The notes: a model not told the origin generated them from the sequence alone. Counted from the first letter of the stretch, positions 1-9,591 are shown. The stretch is DNA of 32,000 nt from Bacillus subtilis subsp. subtilis str. 168 (GCF_000009045.1 NC_000964.3:3750001-3782000); one strand, 5' to 3'. Numbers and translations are program-made.

Positions 1-677
1 CGCTGTTTATGGTTGCGGGCTTACTTGTTTCGTTCTTGATAAAAGTGCCGCAAAGTAAGGACAGCGGCACGACTGTATTCCGTTTTGCGTTCTCGGATAT
101 GTTTGAAAAGGGCGCACTCAAAATTGCGACGGTCGGTTTGTTTATTTCTTTCTGTTATTCAACAGTCACATCATATCTGTCTGTATTCGCCAAATCAGTT
201 GACCTTTCGGATATCAGCGGATATTTCTTTGTTTGTTTTGCGGTGACAATGATGATTGCACGCCCGTTCACAGGGAAATTGTTCGACAAAGTCGGACCGG
301 GCATTGTCATTTATCCATCAATCCTGATTTTCTCTGTCGGACTCTGCATGCTGTCCTTCACACATAGCGGCTTAATGCTTCTGCTTTCAGGGGCGGTTAT
401 CGGTCTTGGCTACGGATCAATCGTTCCTTGCATGCAAACATTGGCGATTCAGAAATCTCCGGCTCACCGCTCCGGTTTTGCGACGGCAACGTTCTTTACC
501 TTCTTTGACAGCGGAATTGCTGTAGGATCGTATGTATTCGGATTGTTTGTAGCATCTGCCGGCTTCTCTGCCATTTATTTAACAGCGGGGCTGTTCGTTT
601 TAATTGCTCTGCTTCTCTACACGTGGAGCCAGAAAAAACCTGCAGAGGCTGAAGGAAAAGTGTCTATTGCAGAATAA
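1..677 (+). CDS. ywoG: MFS-type transporter, C-terminal part (5' end outside the window)
   Basis: The frame is open from the window edge to the TAA at 675-677. The product is a series of hydrophobic helices typical of a major-facilitator protein, and a strong terminator follows. Confidence 0.85.
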
Positions 678-683
678 CTTGTC

Positions 684-715
684 AGACTGCCGGGAAATCC
701 CGGCAGTCTTTTTTC
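684..715 (+). terminator. Rho-independent terminator of ywoG
   Basis: Perfect 11-bp stem agactgccggg/cccggcagtct with loop aaat, followed by a T-run. Confidence 0.85.
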
Positions 716-767
716 CATTAAAACACGGCGCCCTCTCGGTTGAACGAGAGAACGCCGCTTATAGCAA

Positions 768-2174
768 TTATTCAATGACAGGCCGCGCAGGTGAATCAGG
801 ATCTAACGAAAAATCATAGGACGCTTCATCACGAAACATCGGATCGGCATATATGGATTGTTGATCGTTTTTTGTTGCTTTTCGATACGAAGAAAATGAA
901 TCATATTCTTTCTTTTTCCACATCCATATGCCGTCTTGATCCGCTTCCTTGTGGTACACGTTATGATTGACCGTATTACCTTCGTTTTCTGTAAAGTCGT
1001 TTCCGATAAATAATCTGGAATCACCGGCCGTCAATATATTCTTTTCAATTGTGTTGTTTTTCGTATCGTACTGCAGCAGCAGCTGTCCGCCGTACAGTCC
1101 CTTTGTGTCATTCCGGTACATAATATTGCGGGCAATCAGAGAATTGCTGGTGCCGCCCCGCTTTTTGTCATATCCTCCGATTGAAATACCGGTGTACGCA
1201 TTGTTGTACACTTTGTTGTCTGTGATCTGAATGGCATTTGCATACTTTCCTTTGTGTTCAGACGTTGCTTCAATCCCAATATCGTTATCGTAAACTGTGT
1301 TGTTCTTAATTTCGATATCGTGTCCTCCATCGACATAAATCCCGCCCGCTGAGTATTCATCTCCATAAGCAGGATTGCCGTAAGTCGAGTTTTGATAAAC
1401 TGTATTGTTTTCTACGACTCCGTTTCGCACGTAATCGTTTTTATCCGCGGTTCCCTCATAACCAATTAGATCAATCCCGATGTTATTATTGTTGCGGACC
1501 ACATTGCCTGCAACTGTGAAGCCGTCGATATTACCGTTCAGCACAACTGCTTCACTCGCTCCAAGCGTCAGTTTCTCAACTGTATTGTCCTCGATTCGGA
1601 TGTCTTTCATGCTGCCAGTCCCATAAACTGCGATTCCGTGAGCATTTCCTTCATCCGCTGTTGTCTTAATCCCCCGGATGTGATTATCCTTAATGGCGAT
1701 ATGACTGCTGGACCCTGATACATAAATCCCTATAGCAGTTGCTTCCTCAGATGAAACAGAAAGATCTTGAATTGTTAAACCGCTGATGGCAATGTCATGT
1801 TTATCGTGAATACGAATAAGCGGTGTTTCATATTCAGCGTTCGCAACGGATTCACCGCTAATCACGACGTTTTCATTTTCATAGTTTCGGAATGTGATAG
1901 GCTTTCCGTCCGTACCGCTGTGCTTTACATCAAGGGTCTCATGATACGTGCCCTCCCGAATCATGACAGTTGTGCCGGCAGCAGCCTTCTCAGATGCGTG
2001 TGCCAATGTACGAAACGGCTTTTCTTTTGTTCCTTCATTTTGATCACTGCCATTTGGCGAAACATACAGATAATCCCCAGATCCTTCCTCATTCGCTTTT
2101 GTCTTATCATAAACGAAAGCGAGGATGACAGACGTTAAAACACCCGCCAAAAGAATAAAATACCATTTTCTCAT
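768..2174 (-). CDS. ywoF: Signal-anchored/secreted right-handed parallel beta-helix (pectin-lyase-fold) protein
   Basis: Start moved to the ATG at 2174 (MRKWYFILLAG..., a hydrophobic signal-like N-terminus). The product has periodic NNxVYxN / IxIxxN beta-helix repeats. The ORF-track start at 2249 has no RBS. Confidence 0.8.
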   Translation of the reverse strand: MRKWYFILLAGVLTSVILAFVYDKTKANEEGSGDYLYVSPNGSDQNEGTKEKPFRTLAHASEKAAAGTTVMIREGTYHETLDVKHSGTDGKPITFRNYENENVVISGESVANAEYETPLIRIHDKHDIAISGLTIQDLSVSSEEATAIGIYVSGSSSHIAIKDNHIRGIKTTADEGNAHGIAVYGTGSMKDIRIEDNTVEKLTLGASEAVVLNGNIDGFTVAGNVVRNNNNIGIDLIGYEGTADKNDYVRNGVVENNTVYQNSTYGNPAYGDEYSAGGIYVDGGHDIEIKNNTVYDNDIGIEATSEHKGKYANAIQITDNKVYNNAYTGISIGGYDKKRGGTSNSLIARNIMYRNDTKGLYGGQLLLQYDTKNNTIEKNILTAGDSRLFIGNDFTENEGNTVNHNVYHKEADQDGIWMWKKKEYDSFSSYRKATKNDQQSIYADPMFRDEASYDFSLDPDSPARPVIE

Positions 2175-2279
2175 TTTCGATTCCCATTTCGTTTTAGAAT
2201 AGATTTCTAAAACCATTATAAATGTTCTATTTATGGAAAACCATTTCAAAAATATGAAAATATACCGTCTAAATAGATC

Positions 2280-3752
2280 TTATTCAGCCTGGCGGACCTG
2301 CGCATGTTCAACTGTTTCAATTGCCAATGATGCAGGCGGGTGAACACGCATCAGAACAATGTAGAAAAGAAAGGAAATCAGCACACCTACAAACCAAGAA
2401 ATATCGTATAAGCTCTTCAATACAGGAACATACATGCCAATCAGCGAAATCAGCGCTCCTAACATTGTGGCTGCAAACGCACGGTAATTGTAGCCCTTCC
2501 AATACACATACCGTCCTGTTTCGGAATACAGGTCATCTACCGAGAGCTCACGTTTGCGAATGATAAAATAGTCGGCCATCATCACGCCTGCCACCGGTCC
2601 AAGCATGCCGCCTATTAAGCCAAGAAACGCATACACGCTTGTCGCGCTCTCCATCAGCTTCCACGGAACCGTAAATAAAGCGAGCAACGCTGTGATAAAG
2701 CTGCCACGTTTGAAATTGATATATTTCGGCAGGGCATTCGCTATATCATAAGCGGGTGATACGATATTCGCCGCGACATTTACAGAGATCGTGGCGATGC
2801 AGAGTGTGATCACGGACAAGACGATGACATAAGGGTTATCAAACCGCGCCAAAATATCGACAACATCCCAAATCGGCTCTCCGAACGCGACCTGCGAGCC
2901 GGAGGTCACCGTAATACTTGCGAATGCGAACAGCGCAAACGTTCCCGGCAAACCGTAAAATTGTCCTTTGATTTGCTCTTTTTGTGTTTCAGCAAACCGT
3001 GTAAAATCAGGTATATTTAAGATCAATGTCGCCCAGATGCCGATGATGCCAGTAACTCCGGCAGCAAACGGCCAGAATGTTTCTGAAAACGTATGAAACT
3101 TTCCTGGTTGAGAGTATATCGGGCCCAATCCTCCAGCAATATCAACGGCCCACCATACCATGCCGCCAAATACCAGATACACTAAAGGCCCTGCCCACAC
3201 CTCAAAACGTTTAATCGACTCCATGCCGTGATGCAATACGAGTAAATGAATGGCCCAAAAGAATACAAAGGAAAGCAAACCGGACAAGTGAATGCCGAGA
3301 ATGTTCCACTCGCCGCCAATTTCTCCCCAACCTGGCCACATATTCAAAAGCAAAATGTTCAGTGCCGTGCTACCCGCAAAGGTCTGGATGCCAAGCCACA
3401 TGATAGCTGTAAACGCCCTTAGAAGCGCGGGGATATTCGCGCCGTATATCCCGTAAGAAGCCCGAATGATCACTGGAAACGGCAGCCCGTATTTTGTCCC
3501 CGCATGGCCGTTTAAGGCAAGAGCGCCAAATAGGATAAGTGATGCCGTAATAATGATCGCCAGCACCTGCCAAGGCGAAAGGCCGATCGCAATTAATCCT
3601 CCCACGGTCGCGTAGGTCGGTATGTTATGTATACATCCCATCCAAATGGAGGCAAAGTTCATTGCTTTCCACGTCCGTTTTTCCTGTCCCAAAGGCACCA
3701 GATCTTCATTGCTCAGCCTGTTGGATTGCTGCTGACTCTCTTTTAATTTCAT
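2280..3752 (-). CDS. pucI: Allantoin permease (NCS1 nucleobase-cation symporter family)
   Basis: 490-aa polytopic membrane protein recognised as B. subtilis PucI/YwoE. An RBS ggggag lies upstream of the ATG. Confidence 0.9.
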   Translation of the reverse strand: MKLKESQQQSNRLSNEDLVPLGQEKRTWKAMNFASIWMGCIHNIPTYATVGGLIAIGLSPWQVLAIIITASLILFGALALNGHAGTKYGLPFPVIIRASYGIYGANIPALLRAFTAIMWLGIQTFAGSTALNILLLNMWPGWGEIGGEWNILGIHLSGLLSFVFFWAIHLLVLHHGMESIKRFEVWAGPLVYLVFGGMVWWAVDIAGGLGPIYSQPGKFHTFSETFWPFAAGVTGIIGIWATLILNIPDFTRFAETQKEQIKGQFYGLPGTFALFAFASITVTSGSQVAFGEPIWDVVDILARFDNPYVIVLSVITLCIATISVNVAANIVSPAYDIANALPKYINFKRGSFITALLALFTVPWKLMESATSVYAFLGLIGGMLGPVAGVMMADYFIIRKRELSVDDLYSETGRYVYWKGYNYRAFAATMLGALISLIGMYVPVLKSLYDISWFVGVLISFLFYIVLMRVHPPASLAIETVEHAQVRQAE

Positions 3753-3896
3753 AGCCGGCTCCCCTTTCCATATTGTCTATATGTCGTCACACGTTATGTT
3801 TTTTGACATTAGATGTCACTTAATATAACTGAAGAGTCAGACAATAACACTGGCTATGATATACAATTTTCCCGTTTGTATTTGAACAGCTTAAAC

Positions 3897-3929
3897 AAGA
3901 AAAAGAGACAGACCTCAGAGCCCGTCTCT
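3897..3929 (-). terminator. Rho-independent terminator of ywoD
   Basis: On the minus strand the stem agagac...gtctct is followed by tttttc, directly after the ywoD stop codon. Confidence 0.65.
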
Positions 3930-3932
3930 TTC

Positions 3933-5294
3933 TTAAGATGCAGTTTTCATTAATGCAGCAAATCTCACAGCCATTAACAGGCTTGCTCCGCCCGCTATAA
4001 TCATAATGATTCCCATCATATCAAAATGGGCTGCCGTGATTTCTTTACCAAAAAGAATGCCAAGGATCACCGAAGACAAAATCGATCCTAGGTAACGGCA
4101 GGTTTGAAACAGGCCTGAAGTCGTTCCTACCATGTTGGAAGGACTCGTTTCCAGCATCGCTGCCTGAAGCGCGACATTGCCCAGTCCGTAGCCTATACCC
4201 AAGAGCGACAGAATGAGGCCTTTACCGATGGTCTGGACATTGATAAAAAAGATGGTTAAGAGCACGGCTCCAGCCGTCATCAAAAGCGCTCCCGCAAAGA
4301 TCGGCTTGACGACACCAGATCGGTCGATCCATTTGCCGGTTAGAGGTGACACAACGATGCTCATTCCAGACATAAACAGCATAAACAGGCCGCTCGTTTG
4401 AACAGAAAGATGCATTTCATCCTGAAAGTAACTTGGCAAACCAAAAAATAAACAATAGAAGAAAACATTCAATAAAATAAACTGAACATACACGGCTGAC
4501 AGGTTTCGCTGTGTTTTAAACAGACGGACATCAATAAACGGCTTATCCGTTTTCAGCTCGCGCCAGACAAACGCACAGAGCAGAAGCAAGCCAAGCACAC
4601 CTTCAACCGCATGCGGCGACGTGCTGAACGACAGCAAAAAGGATAGAAGGAAAATGATTCCCCCGGCAAATAAAACAATTCCAAGAATATCGAGCTGCCG
4701 AATAATGGTTTTGATTCCTGCCCCTTTTTTCTGATCTTTCGGGAACATATACAGGCCCAATAAGAAGCTGAGGATAATAAACGGCAAATTAACGATAAAG
4801 ATCGCCGGCCAGCCTCCCCATACAATCAAAAACCCGCCGGCTGTCGGCCCCAGCGCCGTCATGGCGGACGCAAAAATAGAGAGTACAGCCAAGGCTGAAG
4901 CTTGGCGCTCATGAATATGATTCCGAATCAAGCCGACACCTGACGGATAAATCGCACTGCTCCCCACCGATTGAAACAGCCGCATGACCAATAATGTCAT
5001 AAACGTCGGCGCAAACGGCGCCCCGATGGCAGAAACCGCAACAAGAATAAGCCCGAATAAAAACAAGCGTTTCCGCCCAATCAAATCACCGAGCTTTCCC
5101 GTTACGGGCTGCGCTACGGCACTCGCCAAGTAAAACGAGGAAATCAGCCAGGAAACCGTTGTAAACGAGAGGTGAAACTCATGCTGGATGCTATGGAGCG
5201 CAAGAGAGATCATAGACGAGTTCAGCGGATTCAGCATTGTTCCCGAAGCCACAGCTGTTAAAAAAACAGCTCGGCTTTTTTTCGATAACATCAT
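3933..5294 (-). CDS. ywoD: MFS transporter, drug:H+ antiporter-like
   Basis: 453-aa highly hydrophobic protein with an MFS motif region (GKLGDLIGRKR). Its start overlaps the ywoC stop by 4 nt. Confidence 0.85.
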   Translation of the reverse strand: MMLSKKSRAVFLTAVASGTMLNPLNSSMISLALHSIQHEFHLSFTTVSWLISSFYLASAVAQPVTGKLGDLIGRKRLFLFGLILVAVSAIGAPFAPTFMTLLVMRLFQSVGSSAIYPSGVGLIRNHIHERQASALAVLSIFASAMTALGPTAGGFLIVWGGWPAIFIVNLPFIILSFLLGLYMFPKDQKKGAGIKTIIRQLDILGIVLFAGGIIFLLSFLLSFSTSPHAVEGVLGLLLLCAFVWRELKTDKPFIDVRLFKTQRNLSAVYVQFILLNVFFYCLFFGLPSYFQDEMHLSVQTSGLFMLFMSGMSIVVSPLTGKWIDRSGVVKPIFAGALLMTAGAVLLTIFFINVQTIGKGLILSLLGIGYGLGNVALQAAMLETSPSNMVGTTSGLFQTCRYLGSILSSVILGILFGKEITAAHFDMMGIIMIIAGGASLLMAVRFAALMKTAS

Positions 5295-5860
5295 TTCACT
5301 TGTTCCAGAAACTCTTCCGTTGTCCGCGATTTACCGATTCTCGGGAAAATAAAGCGCAGTGTGGCTTCATGCTCTTCATCGCTAAATGTGGACATGGCAT
5401 CTGTAATAAAAATCTGCTGATAGCCAAGCTGAAATGCCTCCCGTGCTGTGCTTTCCACCCCGATATTCGTTGCGATGCCGCACAATACAATCGTATCAAT
5501 GCCGCGACGTCTCAGCTGCAAGTCTAAATCTGTGCCAAAAAAAGCACCCCATTGCCGTTTTGTCACAGTATAATCGCCATCCTGCACACCGATTTCCGGA
5601 ACAAATTCGGCCCAGTCCGCCGGCATTTCCCCTGAACCTCCCTGCGCAGGCTCATCCGTTTGCGGCTTCAGGGCGTCCGCTCCATCATGAAAGGCTACAT
5701 TTACAAAGCTGATGAACCCGTTATGTTTCCGAAATTCATCTACGAGCTTTTTCGCGTTCGGGACAACCTGGCCGCTTTGATCAATCGGCACAATTCCCTT
5801 TTGTAAATCAATGATAACCAATGCTGTTTTTTGAAAATCAATGTTGAGTGTATTCATCAT
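5291..5860 (-). CDS. ywoC: Isochorismatase-family (cysteine) hydrolase
   Basis: Start set at the ATG at 5860, preceded by aggagga. The product shows the family signature VLCGIATNIGVESTAR and an N-terminal ALVIIDLQ. The stop is coupled to the ywoD start. Confidence 0.85.
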   Translation of the reverse strand: MMNTLNIDFQKTALVIIDLQKGIVPIDQSGQVVPNAKKLVDEFRKHNGFISFVNVAFHDGADALKPQTDEPAQGGSGEMPADWAEFVPEIGVQDGDYTVTKRQWGAFFGTDLDLQLRRRGIDTIVLCGIATNIGVESTAREAFQLGYQQIFITDAMSTFSDEEHEATLRFIFPRIGKSRTTEEFLEQVK

Positions 5861-5966
5861 ACGTCTCCTCCTGATACTGTTAGTGTTTCTCACATTGCAT
5901 ATTTTACTCTTCACACTGCCTAAGTTCTTTTATGATGCTTGTGAAATTCTCAGAAGGAGCGTTTTC

Positions 5967-6047
5967 TCATGATTTTTCTTTTATGTAGTAGTAACAGGTT
6001 GTGCATACGAACAAACCGGCAAGCACTGTAATCATAAAGGGCGTCAT
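5967..6047 (-). CDS. Candidate 26-aa hydrophobic micro-protein (MTPFMITVLAGLFVCTTCYYYIKEKS)
   Basis: Its ATG overlaps the ywoB TGA (ATGA). aGGTGA lies 7 nt upstream and the product has one predicted TM helix. It is below the ORF-track length cutoff. See findings. Confidence 0.3.
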   Translation of the reverse strand: MTPFMITVLAGLFVCTTCYYYIKEKS

Positions 6048-6508
6048 CGCTTCATCACCTGCCTGCTGTCTATCGGTTCCTGCCTGAAAATGCCCATGAA
6101 TTTGCGGCGGTCCATCCAAAGCAGGATAAGACACATAACCATTAATATCGTGCTAAGATCCTGCACGCCAATATCAAAACAATAGTTAATCAAGACGATG
6201 TTCACAATAATGGGCATAAAAATAACCGCCCCTAATGCAGCCGTTCGCGGAATCAGTAATAAAACAGCTGCCAGGATTTCACCAAAACCTATAAACAGTT
6301 CATAGACATGAGAATAACCGAAAAATGTCCACGCGATCGTAAACCCCTTCCCGGCAGCCGCCTCGATTTCAGGCGTCACCTCGCCAAACTGGCCAATTAC
6401 CACTTTCGCCAGACCGTACACGAAAAAATTAAAGGCTAAAAACAATCGGAACGTCGCGGGAATCGACTTGCGTACCGCTTTCCTCAGCCTGCCGCCTTTA
6501 TTCATCAT
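6044..6508 (-). CDS. ywoB: Small integral membrane protein (about 4 TM helices)
   Basis: 154-aa hydrophobic ORF with RBS gaggggga upstream of the ATG at 6508. Confidence 0.8.
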   Translation of the reverse strand: MMNKGGRLRKAVRKSIPATFRLFLAFNFFVYGLAKVVIGQFGEVTPEIEAAAGKGFTIAWTFFGYSHVYELFIGFGEILAAVLLLIPRTAALGAVIFMPIIVNIVLINYCFDIGVQDLSTILMVMCLILLWMDRRKFMGIFRQEPIDSRQVMKR

Positions 6509-6687
6509 ACATCCCCCTCAGTGTATTATTTGATGTAGTACACTTAATACAGTATAGAGTATTCTAATTAATGTCAATTCCCTTTTCAGCTCATATGAAT
6601 AGTTTCTTTTATAGATACAAAGTCTTATATCGCAAAAAATGCCATTCTCCTTCCTTTCCATCCCTCGATAACATTTCTCAAAAACCA

Positions 6688-6738
6688 TGTCAGGAAATCT
6701 TACATGAAAATGTTTTATCATTCTTTTTTCTCTATAAT
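6688..6738 (+). promoter_or_regulatory. nrgAB promoter with TnrA box
   Basis: TGTCAGGAAATCTTACA (6688-6704) fits TGTNA-N7-TNACA exactly. A TATAAT lies at 6733-6738, so the box centre is about 49 nt upstream of the expected start site, the usual position for TnrA activation. Confidence 0.8.
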
Positions 6739-6789
6739 GAAGAAATATAATAATTGCTTTTTATTCTGAAAGATACGGAGGAATGAGAC

Positions 6790-8004
6790 ATGCAAATGGG
6801 CGATACAGTTTTTATGTTCTTTTGCGCTTTACTCGTGTGGCTGATGACCCCGGGATTAGCGTTATTTTATGGAGGAATGGTAAAGAGCAAAAATGTGCTG
6901 AGCACTGCCATGCACAGTTTCTCTTCCATTGCCATCGTTTCCATCGTTTGGGTGCTGTTCGGATATACACTTGCCTTCGCACCAGGCAATTCAATCATCG
7001 GCGGGCTGGAGTGGGCAGGCCTCAAAGGGGTCGGATTTGATCCGGGAGATTACAGCGATACCATCCCCCACTCGTTATTTATGATGTTCCAAATGACGTT
7101 CGCCGTTCTGACTACAGCGATTATTTCCGGGGCTTTCGCAGAGCGGATGCGATTCGGCGCTTTTCTTTTATTCTCGGTTTTATGGGCCTCTTTGGTTTAC
7201 ACACCCGTAGCGCACTGGGTATGGGGCGGCGGCTGGATCGGCCAGCTTGGAGCGCTCGATTTCGCTGGCGGCAATGTTGTTCATATTTCCTCCGGGGTGG
7301 CAGGACTTGTTCTTGCCATTGTGCTCGGCAAACGGAAAGACGGTACAGCGTCTTCTCCGCATAACCTCATTTACACCTTCTTAGGAGGAGCTTTGATTTG
7401 GTTCGGCTGGTTCGGCTTTAACGTCGGCAGCGCATTGACCTTAGATGGTGTGGCCATGTACGCGTTCATCAACACAAACACCGCGGCTGCAGCCGGGATC
7501 GCCGGCTGGATCTTAGTAGAATGGATCATTAACAAAAAACCGACAATGCTCGGAGCGGTATCTGGGGCAATCGCCGGGCTTGTCGCCATTACGCCGGCTG
7601 CCGGATTTGTCACACCGTTCGCTTCCATTATTATCGGCATCATCGGCGGAGCTGTTTGTTTCTGGGGAGTATTCTCGCTTAAAAAGAAATTCGGATACGA
7701 CGACGCGCTTGACGCCTTTGGCCTGCACGGGATCGGCGGCACATGGGGCGGAATCGCAACAGGATTATTCGCAACAACCTCTGTTAACTCAGCGGGCGCA
7801 GATGGGTTATTTTACGGTGATGCAAGCTTAATCTGGAAACAAATCGTCGCCATCGCCGCCACTTATGTTTTTGTATTTATTGTCACTTTCGTTATTATTA
7901 AAATTGTAAGCCTCTTCCTTCCCCTTCGCGCAACTGAAGAAGAAGAGTCACTTGGGCTTGACTTAACGATGCACGGGGAAAAAGCATATCAAGATTCTAT
8001 GTGA
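6790..8004 (+). CDS. nrgA: Ammonium transporter (Amt family)
   Basis: 404-aa Amt/AmtB protein (motifs AGGxVVHISSG, FGLHGIGG) with RBS ggagga upstream. Confidence 0.95.
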   Translation: MQMGDTVFMFFCALLVWLMTPGLALFYGGMVKSKNVLSTAMHSFSSIAIVSIVWVLFGYTLAFAPGNSIIGGLEWAGLKGVGFDPGDYSDTIPHSLFMMFQMTFAVLTTAIISGAFAERMRFGAFLLFSVLWASLVYTPVAHWVWGGGWIGQLGALDFAGGNVVHISSGVAGLVLAIVLGKRKDGTASSPHNLIYTFLGGALIWFGWFGFNVGSALTLDGVAMYAFINTNTAAAAGIAGWILVEWIINKKPTMLGAVSGAIAGLVAITPAAGFVTPFASIIIGIIGGAVCFWGVFSLKKKFGYDDALDAFGLHGIGGTWGGIATGLFATTSVNSAGADGLFYGDASLIWKQIVAIAATYVFVFIVTFVIIKIVSLFLPLRATEEEESLGLDLTMHGEKAYQDSM

Positions 8005-8015
8005 GGAGTGACGCT

Positions 8016-8366
8016 ATGAGCGGTCAAATGTTCAAGGTAGAAATTGTAACGCGTCCGGCAAATTTTGAAAAGCTGAAGCAGGAACTCGGAAAAATCGGAG
8101 TGACCTCTCTGACTTTCTCCAATGTACACGGCTGCGGCCTTCAAAAAGCACATACGGAGCTCTATCGAGGGGTAAAAATAGAAAGCAATGTATACGAGCG
8201 TTTAAAAATAGAAATTGTGGTCAGCAAGGTTCCTGTTGATCAAGTGACAGAGACCGCTAAAAGGGTGCTGAAAACGGGATCACCAGGTGACGGTAAAATA
8301 TTTGTCTATGAAATCAGCAATACGATCAACATCCGCACAGGCGAAGAAGGACCTGAAGCACTTTAA
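8016..8366 (+). CDS. nrgB: PII-family nitrogen regulatory protein (GlnK-like)
   Basis: The ATG at 8016 follows gaggag and gives MSGQMFKVEIV..., a 116-aa PII fold. The gene immediately follows nrgA. The ORF-track GTG at 8001 is rejected. Confidence 0.9.
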   Translation: MSGQMFKVEIVTRPANFEKLKQELGKIGVTSLTFSNVHGCGLQKAHTELYRGVKIESNVYERLKIEIVVSKVPVDQVTETAKRVLKTGSPGDGKIFVYEISNTINIRTGEEGPEAL

Positions 8367-8375
8367 TATCGGTAC

Positions 8376-8405
8376 GAGATTCGGACACTCCGGATCTCTT
8401 TTTTT
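8376..8405 (+). terminator. Rho-independent terminator of nrgAB
   Basis: 10-bp stem gagattcgga/tccggatctc (one G-U pair) with loop cac, followed by a T7 run. Confidence 0.8.
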
Positions 8406-8488
8406 GTGCACAGAATCCCCCCAGAAACCGCGATTCCTCTTCGAATTCTCTTCAAGCGCCGTTATTTCAGACAATCTCTATTTTTATT

Positions 8489-8517
8489 TGAAACTTTTCA
8501 TGAGTAAGATTAGTCTA
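8489..8517 (+). promoter_or_regulatory. ECF-sigma (sigM/sigX-type) promoter of bcrC
   Basis: TGAAAC, then 17 nt, then AGTCTA, against the ECF consensus TGAAAC-N16/17-CGTC(T)A. It lies about 30 nt upstream of the bcrC start. Confidence 0.65.
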
Positions 8518-8546
8518 CTAAATATAAAAATGTAAAAGGTGATTAT

Positions 8547-9128
8547 TTGAACTACGAAATTTTTAAAGCAATCCATGGACTATCTCATCACAATTCAGTT
8601 CTCGATTCCATTATGGTCTTCATCACGGAATATGCCATTGTCGCCTATGCCCTTATCCTATTGGCAATCTGGCTGTTTGGGAACACACAAAGCAGAAAAC
8701 ATGTGCTATACGCAGGCATCACAGGAATTGCAGGCCTTGTGATCAACTATTTGATTACGCTTGTTTATTTCGAACCGCGCCCGTTCGTTGCGCATACAGT
8801 GCATACACTGATTCCGCATGCTGCGGATGCTTCATTTCCAAGTGACCATACGACAGGTGCATTAGCGATTTCTATTGCGATGCTTTTCAGAAACCGCAAA
8901 ATCGGCTGGCCGCTTGTCATTTTTGGGCTTTTGACAGGCTTTTCGAGAATTTGGGTGGGACATCACTATCCGGTAGATGTATTGGGCAGCCTCGTTGTCG
9001 CCATCATTATCGGGTTCCTTTTCTTTAGATTTTCAGATCTGCTTCGCCCGTTCGTCGATTTGGTCGTGAGGATCTACGAAGCCATTATCAATAAACTGAC
9101 GAAAAAACCAACCGATCAAAATTTCTAA
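8547..9128 (+). CDS. bcrC: Undecaprenyl-pyrophosphate phosphatase (PAP2 family)
   Basis: TTG start after aaaggtga. The product carries the PAP2 motifs PSDHT and SRIWVGHHYPVDV in a 193-aa membrane protein. Confidence 0.9.
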   Translation: MNYEIFKAIHGLSHHNSVLDSIMVFITEYAIVAYALILLAIWLFGNTQSRKHVLYAGITGIAGLVINYLITLVYFEPRPFVAHTVHTLIPHAADASFPSDHTTGALAISIAMLFRNRKIGWPLVIFGLLTGFSRIWVGHHYPVDVLGSLVVAIIIGFLFFRFSDLLRPFVDLVVRIYEAIINKLTKKPTDQNF

Positions 9129-9136
9129 GAAAGACA

Positions 9137-9170
9137 AAAGCCGGCGTCTGAAATCAAGACAGCCGGCTTT
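9137..9170. terminator. Bidirectional terminator between convergent bcrC and ywnJ
   Basis: Stem aaagccggc...gccggcttt plus an inner gtct/agac pairing, with A/T runs on both sides. It overlaps the ywnJ stop codon. Confidence 0.75.
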
Positions 9171-9591
9171 AATATTTCTCATACATCTCTTGTTTTCTTC
9201 GCTTCGCCAACACATATAAACCATAAAACAACCCAATTCCAACAGCATCGATGAGCACATCCCGGATACAACCATTCCTGCTGAAGAAGAGCTGAAGAAC
9301 TTCTGTGAAAAAAGCAAACGCAAATGAGCCGGCTGCAGCTGATCTTATGCTGCCCCGCTGTTTCCACAGCAAATATGTCAGCACAAAGAAGGAAAACGCG
9401 TGTCCGATTTTTTGAATAAACGCTTCAGGTACAGTAAGCTCAGTAAAATCCATAACTAAAAATTGAGACAGATCAGGGTGCGGCTGAAAATGAAAAGCCA
9501 CCGTTTGCGATACGACCATGCCGCTGAAGCTTTCCGTACAGACAGAAAGCAGGATAAAAAAGATCCAGCCTGCGAGCAATAGGCGGTTCAT
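9169..9591 (-). CDS. ywnJ: VanZ-like membrane protein
   Basis: Start set at the ATG at 9591 after aaaggagg, giving a 140-aa membrane protein. The ORF-track extension to 9702 has no RBS and crosses the spoIIQ terminator. Confidence 0.8.
   Translation of the reverse strand: MNRLLLAGWIFFILLSVCTESFSGMVVSQTVAFHFQPHPDLSQFLVMDFTELTVPEAFIQKIGHAFSFFVLTYLLWKQRGSIRSAAAGSFAFAFFTEVLQLFFSRNGCIRDVLIDAVGIGLFYGLYVLAKRRKQEMYEKY

Noticed and set aside
5969-6031. 20-codon plus-strand ORF (MIFLLCSSNRLCIRTNRQAL) with RBS gaaggag
   Set aside because: The RBS-like string may simply be the complement context of the ywoC promoter region. There is no upstream promoter or partner gene on this strand. It is kept only as an alternative in the micro-ORF finding.
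6518-6721. 67-aa minus-strand ORF between ywoB and nrgA
   Set aside because: It lies in AT-rich promoter DNA containing the nrgAB TnrA box, has no RBS, and has a low-complexity product.
7371-7742. 123-aa minus-strand ORF and other short ORFs inside nrgA
   Set aside because: These are antisense shadow frames of the ammonium-transporter gene, with no translation signals.
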